Assembly: GCA_030704615.1 (NCBI GenBank) | Contig: CM060734.1 | Span: 10,106,001 to 10,170,000 of the forward strand | Source of the DNA: Takakia lepidozioides | Taxonomy: Eukaryota > Plantae > Bryophyta | DNA: 64,000 nt | Reading direction: 5' to 3' | Shown here: one piece after another, positions 24,901-34,474 of the stretch | How positions within the stretch are numbered: position 1 is the first letter of the stretch | Layout of the letters: every line of letters starts with the position of its first letter | Program-made: the position numbers and the translations under genes | The notes under the pieces: model-generated | Told to the model about the DNA's origin: nothing | What the model saw: the letters and a program-made list of their open reading frames with translations, nothing else | Database searches by the model: none

Positions 24901-25369
24901 TGCTCCCAAGTCCTTCAAACTGAAGGCAAAGCAATTCCTATAAGCCCTCAGGAACCGCCGTATACGTCGTCTCTCTCCTCCGGTGACAATGGGTCCAATG
25001 TCAGGCTCCCAATTGTCCTCCGTGACTGCAACCTTAAGTCCAGTGGGCTTAGAGGTAGAGGACGCGTCCCGTGGTTGATATGCTGCAACCTCTTGAGCAG
25101 TACTTCCTTCCTGCTCAGTCAATGACAATGCCTCATCCTGCCCCATCATCTCATCATTGAGAACCTCCTCATCCCGAGAAGAATCCCCAACCTCATCCAT
25201 CACAGCTGCTTTGGCTGCCAACTCCCTCTGAACCTCGACCACCTCCCACGTGTGCCATGGATGTCTACACCCCGTGGTCCTCACCGGCTCGCCCCCACTC
25301 GCTGCCTGTACCGTCTCGGTAGGCAGAGAGACCGTCCAGGGAAGTGCGCTCCGCACTCTACGTTGCTCA

Positions 25370-26330
25370 GCCATAGCCAAGCTGATAATCCAGGTCAAGC
25401 AATTGAGATCCATTGCTTGCCCCAACACCTGCCGACGTGATGCCTCAGAAAGAGAAGGCACCGCCGTGGTCCCAGTGGAAAACCCCATAGCCTGCTCTCG
25501 CTCGTCGGCATTTGGCTCCACTAACTGTTGCAACTGGCTATCCCACAGGAGGCCAGGTCCACCATCCCGAAAAGCATGGGATCCTGGGAAGCTGAGCAGT
25601 GTAGGTAATGCTGCTCGTGGTTGACCCACCCTATTGACCACTGCCAAAGGCGAACGGTCATCGTGTCTCACACGTTGAGACTGCCTCCCTGTGTCCAAAA
25701 TGCCATCCACGGTAAGGTGTGCTGGCCGCTGCACCCCATCAAATGCACGCTTGAGTAGTGCGGGTGGCATCAAGTTAGTCCACCAAAGCCGTGGACGATG
25801 AGTCCGTGACCCCACTGCAGCTGCATCCAGCAACACTGCTGACCCAAGCCACGACCGGACTTGATGCACACTGGCCATCACCCTGGCCCGAGAATCACCC
25901 ATCAGTGGTACATTCTCCAAGATGTATGCTGGAGATACAACTTGATGAAGCTGCAAGCAGCGCAAAATCTGCACCATCTCCCAAAACAGACCCGTCCTTG
26001 AGTCTCGCAATCCATTGCCATGCCCGGCTGATGAATGCCCTTGGCAGGGCCAACCTGCCACTACCAGATCAATGGAGCCAACCTGCTCTAAATCCTGCGC
26101 CCCCAGCAAGAAATGTCTGCTGGCAAGGCTTGTTGGAATCCACGAACTGCAGACACTGGCAACAAGTCAGGGTATTGTTGTACCAACTGAGCAACATGGC
26201 GCAGTGAGACGCGTCGTGCAGTCTCATCCCTCTCCACATACAAGTAACGTCGAACTCGTACACTGCCTGTAGCACATCAGCCAATCCGGTGCTGATCCCG
26301 CCAAACAAGTCCAGAAGGCAATGCCTTCAT
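25370..26330 (-). CDS. DNMT3-like C5 cytosine DNA methyltransferase domain within pol
   Basis: Motif I LDLFGGISTG (~26315-26285); II YLYVE; IV IDLVVAGWPCQG; LFWE; VI ILENV; VIII HRPRLWWTN; IX-X EREQAMGF...RRQVLGQAMD. Motifs IV-X lie in the unbroken ORF 24811..26109, which continues into the RT N-terminus. There are small frameshifts N-terminal of motif IV. Confidence 0.92.
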
Positions 26331-26633
26331 CCGGATACTGCCACACAATAGGTGTGGTATCCATGGTGACAACTGAGGTGGTCCTGGTGCAATACCCGCA
26401 CTCTCCTCCTCTCCTGACGGAACAAAAGCCTCTACCCAGGCTTGTTGCACCCGTCGATCAGCAACCTGCTGCAAATCCTTGCTCGTACCCCACAATGGAG
26501 TGTGAGCAACCCATGGCAGGCAACTCCGCCATACCATGCATGTCATCCTGCTCTGCTGGAGGTGGCACATCCTTTGCATGGGCATTGCCTTCCAGCAACT
26601 CTCCAGGCCAACTAACTGCAGCTGTAAAGGCGG

Positions 26634-27060
26634 CTAGTGTGGCATCTTGCCCCGCTGGGCAGCCGCTATACCCCCAATGAATGTCACAGGGAGCTGTGCA
26701 CGGCGACCATCGCCTGACTGCCATCCAGGCCTGTAGGATGCTGACTCCTCCCAAAAGTCCAGGGTGAAGCCCATGGGGTATAACACTGCCCCACCAACGA
26801 GGACATCGTAAGAGACTGTGTCTGTCACAATGGCATTGGCTCGCATTACTGAGCCATCGATATGATGATCCGGCTGCAGTCTAATGGCCAACTGATGCCG
26901 TGTCATGCCCCGAGCCTGCTCTGATCCTCCCAGAGATGTCTGTATCTGGAAAGGGCAAGGCTCCATATCCGCCTCCATGAGGCCCAAACCTGCAATAGCA
27001 GCTCTGCCCAACATCAGTGGCTGAGCTCCCGAGTCCAACAAGACCCGCAGTGGCCGGTAC
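26634..27060 (-). CDS. Retropepsin aspartic protease
   Basis: VLLDSGAQ active site and YDVLVG motif. Confidence 0.85.
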
Positions 27061-27168
27061 TTCTTGCCTGCCGGTCACTCAAAGTGAAAATGCCTCCCTG
27101 GTTGTCTAACAAGACAACTCCAGGTGTCACCATGGCGCGCTCAAAGGCTGGCCTAGCTGGCAGCTCCG

Positions 27169-29276
27169 TCAACCTGGCAGCTGCAGCTTGCCAGGCGCAG
27201 CCGTGGCAGTCTTGACCCTCAAATCCGAGGATCCCTCTGCCACTATACCTTCCACTAACTCCGCAGAAGATGAAATGACCTCCCCACTCTCATAGAGTGT
27301 TGCTGCTAGTCTGAACACTGCAGCTGGCCTTACCCCCGGCGTGGCAATCATTGTTGCCGAGAACAGTGGGGCCTGACACACAGAGGTGGCTGCCCCCAAT
27401 AACACACCGGCCGCACTAGCCTTGGCAGCAGGAGTCAATGCTGCACGTGTAGCTCTCCCCAATAGCATAGTAACCTCCGCCTCGGGAACAGTCGGGCGAG
27501 AACTAGGTGCCATGGATGGCATCGATACAGTCTCCGCCAATGTGAATGACTGAGGAAGCCTCGCCTGACGGCTTGCCTCCCCACGCCGTGGATCCAATTC
27601 CACCTCTGCACCTCGTGGCTCAGGAACTCGTGCTGCTCCTCGAGTCACGGCTGCAGCAGACTCCACCTGCTCTAGTGGTAGTGCTGCTCCGCACATAAAT
27701 CCCATGTCTCCCATATCTCCTCCCTCAGGAGCAGGAGGTGGACCATCCCGCCTGGGAGCCGGTACCCCCGCCTGAGCTGTAGCCATGGCAGCGAGCCTCT
27801 GCTCTAGCTGCTGAAGCCGGTTGGCCATGCCTTGATCAACATCCTGACTTCCGCGTCCTTGGCCATGTTGAGCTTGCCCTTGGCCTGCACCTCGTGCCCG
27901 ACCAACTCGTCCTCTCTGGGCTGGTCCACCTCGCCCCCGGCCACCATTGTTCCCTTGGAACTGGCCTGGGCGCAACTCAGGATGCAAGTCATAACACTGG
28001 GCATCTCCATGCCCATACTTGCCACGATGCCCACACTGCAACTGTGCAGGCTGTGCTTGTGCCGGCCTTCTGCCACTCTCTGGGCAATCTCTCTTGACAT
28101 GGGGTCCTCCACATGTCCAACATATCACCCCTGGTTGCTGTTGGCCTGCAAAAGATGCCACGGGCCTCTGCACTTGAGGTCCCCTGTAAGCTCCATGGAA
28201 CTTGGGTTGGGAAACCTTGCCCCCCTGACCACGGTGCTGGGCAGTACCTTGTGCCTGTGGGCTGGCAGCTGCGCCTCGTGCAGGCATGTCCTTGCCAAAT
28301 CCAATGGTGACAACTCGCTCCTCCACCATGTTGAGCTCAATCCGCTCAGCCAGCAGAAACACATCTGCTAATGTGGGTTGGGCTGCTTGTAACAAGGTTG
28401 CATCTCGCACCCTTCTCTTGAGCTCCTTGTCCAGAATTCCATACCAAAACTGGATTGCCTGAGCTTCAGTAACCCCTTGGGTCACACTTATCAAGCGCCT
28501 CATACGAGTGTACGCCTCTCGCAGGCTCTCACTGGGTTTGCGCTGAAGTCTTGCAAACTTCGCAGCTTCTCTGTCCGTACACCTTGGTAGTTCCTCCGCA
28601 ACTCCTGGAAGAACTCCACCACCGGGTTGAATCTAGGCACATGTGTTGTAGTAGTGGCAGGAGGAGTAGTAGCACCTTTTGAACTGGTACCACCTACAGA
28701 AGTACCAGCACTACTTGCTCCACTACTAGTGCTGGCAGTAGGAGCTATTGGTACTGATGCAGCTACTGGTCGCGTCGTGCCTCGAGTAATGGAGACGTAG
28801 TCAGGTGACCAATACATCCTCCACTCCTCAATCTCTGCTTCATGTCCTCGCCTGAACTCGTGGTAATCGTCCATAGGCGGGCCTTCCAAATGCTGGAACA
28901 GTCCCTTCCACGCCATGAATGGGGTGAATAGCTGTGGATTGCGCATCTGCTGCAAATCACACCAGCTGTCGAACTCCTGGATAAAGTCATCCAACTCGAT
29001 TGTGCCCACAGCTCCAGAGTACCTACGAGGCCCCTTGGTAGCTCCATACATCTCCTCCATGTCGTCCCACAACAATGGCGAATGAAAGTGCACACCTGTT
29101 GATGAAGCCTCCGAGTCTGTGTCTGACTCTACAGTAATTGAGGGTGGCGGTGAAGGTGGTCTGAACCGAATACCTCGTCTTGTGAACCCACTCTCACTGT
29201 TACTGCCTGTAGCCGTACTCCCCTCAAAACCCTTGGGTAACTCCGTAATGACACTCACAATGTGCACCTCCTCCAC
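27169..29276 (-). pseudogene. Gag (frameshift near 28510)
   Basis: ELDDFIQEFDSW capsid-like region; zinc knuckles CWTCGGPHVKRDC and a degenerate CGHRGKYGHGDAQC. Confidence 0.85.
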
Positions 29277-29795
29277 GTGACACTATAAGGCTCTAGTACT
29301 AATCTAATAGTGACACGGGTGGGCACCTGTTGCAGTCTAAGGGTCATATCCCAATGGCTCAGGGCACCTGCACCTGCATCCACCGCAAGAACTCCTATGG
29401 TTGGCTGGTCATCAACCCAGCCTCACCATAGAAGAAACACTGGTGGTCTTGCTGGTCATCACTCCAGCCTCACCACCGACAGCATACTCTAGGATTGATC
29501 GGTGATCAAATCCGGCCTAATCCCTATGAAAGCAAGCGCCCACACAAAACCAACATGGCGCACAGTCAAGCATGCAGGTGTTGGGGGGGATCCAAACACA
29601 AGAAATCAAAACATCAACACCCCCACACCAAAATCCAGCTGCAATGCTGATCCTGCAGAATATCCCAGCCCAAAACCCCGGACTGACTGGCCTCCACCAA
29701 GAGAGGCTTTGGCAACTACGAGTACAAGGTAATGAAAATAGTACAGAGATGGAGGGGAAGAATAGAAGCCCGCCCAAGCAAGATCTAATCCTGAT

Positions 29796-30545
29796 CTATG
29801 CTATCAACTTCCAGACTTCTCTCAAAGTGCCTCGCTCTGCGTGATGGTAAGGTGTAGGAGGTATATCTATGTCCAGAAACCTGCCACTAACCTTGTCCCA
29901 AGCTACAGTAGCTCGCTCTAACCAACCCTCCTCCTCTTTCTGCCAGGTAGAGACAAAGCAATACTCCCCTATCTCCCGCTCACTGAACACTAAAGAAAAC
30001 AAAGGTAGGGTCTGATAGTCTCTCAACTCGAAAGCTTTGAGACGGTTGCGGGTGTCCTCATTGCGAATGACTGCATCTCCTTCACGCACAACAAACATGT
30101 CATTGCTGATGAACCCCCGCTCGTGGTTGCCCTGTGCAGAGCGTATCCGGCTGCAACCATGTCTGATTGCACAAACTTGTGTAGCTCCTGCTCCTCTGCT
30201 CCAGTACACCACGGCCTTGTGACTGAACACCTTGGTCCCCGGGGCTGTCTTTGGCTGTGTTCCAAGCCTAGCTTTCACCCACTTTGGTATTTCACCTACA
30301 GCTGCAGAACTGCTGGCTCCAACAGAGTTCTGACTGTCCAAGGCGATATTGAGGCCCTCAATGCCAACTACAGCAGTCTGTTGTCTACTGCTAATGCCTG
30401 ACTCCCAGTATGCAATCAACTCGTCCAACTGTTCTCCACTCAAATCAGTCTGAGTTCCTTGGGAAACATAAATCCTGTCCCCTTGTGTGCACAGACTAAG
30501 AGAACAGACCTGCCCTTCAATTACGTCCTCATTTCCCCCAGCCAT
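29796..30545 (-). CDS. Extra 249-aa ORF of unknown function upstream of gag
   Basis: Intact ATG-to-stop ORF on the element's sense strand with globular-protein composition; no motif recognised. Confidence 0.5.
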   Translation of the reverse strand: MAGGNEDVIEGQVCSLSLCTQGDRIYVSQGTQTDLSGEQLDELIAYWESGISSRQQTAVVGIEGLNIALDSQNSVGASSSAAVGEIPKWVKARLGTQPKTAPGTKVFSHKAVVYWSRGAGATQVCAIRHGCSRIRSAQGNHERGFISNDMFVVREGDAVIRNEDTRNRLKAFELRDYQTLPLFSLVFSEREIGEYCFVSTWQKEEEGWLERATVAWDKVSGRFLDIDIPPTPYHHAERGTLREVWKLIA

Positions 30546-30802
30546 GCAAGGAGTACATCCACCAATTTGTCTCTCATATAGACCAGCACAGGTTCTAGAG
30601 ACAGGATTGTGGATCTTTCATGGCACACTCACACTCTAAAAATTCCATAGATTTTTAGCAGAGTCCCCAAAACAGAAACCAGGTTTAGATAGGTAGATTT
30701 CCCCTTTCTGCAGCTATCCCCCCAAAAACTGGGTCAAACAGAGTCCATTTGACAAAGATATGATGAATTTGGCTCCAAATCATTCAAATTAGATTAAAAA
30801 GG

Positions 30803-30842
<40 letters not shown>

Positions 30843-31957
30843 CAAGTTTAAAAATTCAAAGTTACACCCAAAATATCTGGTAACTGGTTCCCGGTTCCCT
30901 AAGTTCTATATGGCATCCTAGGTTCCCTGGCCACGTGCCTGCTGTTCCCCTCCATTTCATTTGAGTTCAACAGCTCACCATGCTTTGGAATCCCAACCGT
31001 CTTCTACCACAAACCGTGGTGACGATGGAGGTCGTGAAGCGATTCTTCCCAGTGAACCCTCGAGAGACGAGTCCCCTGCGCACTTATATACACTCTCTTA
31101 ATAGAGATCAAAATCAGCAAGGAGACACCATTGACGACACCCAGAGATCAGAGACAAGTACTTGCGCAGTTCGGAGGCCACAGCATCCCCTCTGGACACT
31201 GAGCGGGGAATAGCTGCTACACAGCAGCTCAGTCTATCGTCAGCTCCTATACCTACTAGCTTCCTGCCCCTGCCCCTCCTTCTTCACAACAAGATTGACC
31301 GTGGATATGCGGAGAGGTGGTCTACCTGGGATCACCATGAAATTGCACAGATCGGGAATATCTGGTCGGCATCAGCACTATAGTGCCAGGGCACATAAAC
31401 CAGATTGTAGGAACAGCTAGAGGAAATGCAGGTTATGCCAGCATCATCCAGACCATCCCTGCATCTTGGATATGAATCCTCCAGCAGGGGCCGTTGCCTC
31501 CATTGCCCGACACTTGGGTTACATGCTCAGCTAGACCTAATCAGGTCATTTCCGTGACAGATTTCAGCGGCATTCAAATCACTGGCCTCGCTATGCACTG
31601 CTGCCCTCAATCAAACATCCTGCAAAGCTGTCACACACGATGCAAAGCTGGCTGTCTTTCTCTGGCAGATCGCACATAGAATTCTAAAGGTAGGGCGTTG
31701 GCTTCAATTCACCCGTGCACTGCTCTGCTTATGCTGCTCGCTTGGGGTTTCAGAATCTCTGGAACACTGCCTACTGCCATGCAACATACCTTCAAAAATC
31801 TGGCCCAAAATTCACTGGCTGCTCGGACACTGGCATGACCAAACCTCTTTAACTCCAATCAGCCTGCTACTGAATTACGATCCCATCACCAAGCAAAATC
31901 TATCCCAATGCCCAGTTGAGCTGCCAGTCTCGCATTCACTTTCCCCACCAAGGCAGC

Positions 31958-32172
31958 TGCAGTACACTGACTGTCTTAGCTCCCTCCATGACAACCTCCC
32001 GCATTTGGGCAAGTTCAGCTTCACGGACCTCCCAACGACTTAGCAGCTGCTTCAGGTCATGGTCCTAGCTAGCGCATGCTGGGCTGCAACCAGTTGCAGG
32101 TCCTTATCATGTAGAAACCCCTTCACTGCTCTCTTTCCATCTCCTGACGCCATGCTCCATCCTCCAGCCACT
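31958..32172 (-). other. Captured host-gene fragment (copy of ~4345-4563)
   Basis: Reverse complement of the MRC/PII1-like exon segment with few substitutions and one small indel. Confidence 0.9.
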
Positions 32173-33154
32173 TCACTTGTTTCAGGCACCCAGGTCCCTA
32201 TGGGCAGGTCACATGCTCCTGTGCCAGCCAGAACAGTGACATTCGACCCCTTCGTCTTCAGGAACAAGCTGGTAGCTTCCTTGATGTCATCAGTTTCCTG
32301 GACACTTAAACGGCAGTATGGTCGCCACCTCTGATTGAGGCAGTAGTGGTGACGAAAGGAGAAGGGAACACAGGGAAAGAGCGAGGAAAAATAAGGGCGG
32401 AGAACTGCTCATGTCAAAAGGTCAAAGCCAAAGAGGTCGAAACATTGTGCGAAGGGGGACTGTGTTTCTGCTGCCCTCTCCCACTTCAGCGCAACATTCA
32501 GCGTCCAGAGAGTGAAGTCCCTCTTTAAGGTAGACCTCCACGGTAAAGAAGATGAAATGCCCGCCACTTTCTATCAGCTTTCTGTCTTTGCATATGACTC
32601 CTATCCCAAAGTGCAGGCCTGTCGTGCGGACCTCAATCCAGACCAGCTTCCATTCGATCCACTCGCTTCCACCACACAGCTGAAGTCAGCCAGTTCGAGC
32701 CGCATATCAACAGCCTGAACGGGCTGTTCCCCCTGCTGTAGAGATACTCGAGCGACCAAGAGCCGCCACCATCAACCAGACCCTTGCCGCCACAGCCGCT
32801 GGCTCTACCTGGACTCCCATTCACTGCTGCCCCATTCGCTGCTCCCATTCACCGCAGCGGGCTCTATGGGGCCTTGACATCACACCACCAGCTGCCATCG
32901 ACATATCCTCCGCAGACGGGTGACGCCCTTATAGTGGAAGCAGACCTCGCCAATGCCAACAGAAATATGGGCAGACCACCATTACTCTCTCTTCTACCAC
33001 ACCATTGCGACTGAAGATGTGAGACGAACTCAAGCTAGAGCCGTTCTATGCTCATTGCTTGAGCTGCATACAAGACCATGACCATCTATATTATAATAGT
33101 GCTTAAAAAAAACAAAAACATCATATCTAGCTTAGCACTGGAAAACTAGATAGA

Positions 33155-33170
33155 GCTCAACTCTCTCGAG
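33155..33170 (-). promoter_or_regulatory. Self-priming primer-binding site
   Basis: CTCGAGAGAGTTGAGC immediately after A1, complementary (15/16) to 33361-33376 inside A1; no TGG tRNA-type PBS. Confidence 0.7.
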
Positions 33171-33526
33171 TGATAACCAAACTAGAAAAGGACACACACT
33201 CTCAACACAAGAAATATGCAATCCCTCAACATCACTCTTTAAGATAATAGTCGAGCCAGGGGCACCCCAAGCTATGGGGACTCCACCCACAACAACCTAC
33301 ACTCCCATCATAAGCACACTCAGATCTGAAGAATGCAGGAGCTCGGTCGCGCAGGCTCAACTCGAGAGAGATGAGCCGCGCGACTGCCGCTCTCGTGAAG
33401 ATAAGACGGACCAGGTGTCAAACTAAACTTGACACCTGATTTAACACTTGACCTAAATCCAAGTGTTAAATACAAATAACTAGTTTTATTCTAGATGTTT
33501 TCACACTGTGCTGATTTAACTTGACA
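33171..33526 (-). repeat. 5' terminal repeat A1 (356 bp)
   Basis: TGTCAAG...GGTTATCA on the minus strand; copy of A2. Confidence 0.95.
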
Positions 33527-34474
33527 AATACAAATAGGAAGCACCCCCATGATACACTAGCTGTAGGTCATGACTAATTGTTTTGAGCGGGCTGAGTGCT
33601 TAGACATTTCCAACTCTTCTATCTTGGAGTTTCACCTCGGATAGCTAAGGGATGGGTGCATTTGGCGACCATACTGGGGAACTGAGTCAAGAACAACCAA
33701 ATGTGACAGGCATCTGGTGGGATCATGGTAGATGGAGAATCAAAGAATTTGATGTGAATCAAATTCCCTGTGGAACTGAGAAAGAAAAATTGTCCAAACA
33801 ATTCTTTCAGAGGTTCTTGGAATTGCCAGACGGTTGCAAGGAAAACATTCTTAAGAGAGTGCATGATGCTGATCCAGAGTGGGGTCTGGAGAAAGGAGTG
33901 ATAAAGATTTATCAAGTGGCCTGTAGAGGGAGAGCAAGTTGGTTACCAACACTGGTTTATGTGATAGCATTGCTATCCATTAAACGAGTGGAGTTTGAAA
34001 GCTGGGAGGAACGAAAAATAAATGTTTTTACTCCTATGCATGAAGAACTTGTACTGGTAAAGAATTGGATTCCTAAGGATATTTTGTGGATCAAACTTAC
34101 ACCAAGAAGAGCTTTTCAGACGTGCTTGCCATATGGTTATATGGTAACGGAGCCTTCTAGTATAGCCAAGGCCGGTGCATTAAAGCTTGAGCATACGAGA
34201 GACACTACAGAAGAGAGTTTTGATTATTGCCTCATTAAAGATATGAAAGACATGGGACATGAGTGATGAAAGGGAAGCTAGACTCCACAGATATTCAGCG
34301 AAAAGAGAAAGTTATTTGAAAGCTAATTATCCATATCTCTGGGAGAGAGGAATAGACATAGGGGAATCATTTAAACCTCTCACACCATTAAGGCCAGAGA
34401 GTACATCACCCATACCGGAAGAACCAGATTTGGATGCCACTCCTTCTTAATCTTTACAAGAAAGATTAAGGGAT

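Larger units (their letters stand above)
21152..33526 (-). mobile_element. Ty3/gypsy-type retrotransposon with DNMT3-like methyltransferase, PHD-integrase and split direct repeats (A1 ... B1-A2-B2)
   Basis: gag-PR-DNMT-RT-RH-INT-PHD order; TGTC...GACA termini; TSD AATA at 21148-21151 and 33527-33530. Confidence 0.9.

Noticed and set aside
21152-33526. DIRS/PAT/Ngaro element
   Set aside because: No tyrosine recombinase motif seen; an aspartic protease, rve integrase and TSD are present; the MTase is C5-type, not the DAM-like type of DIRS.
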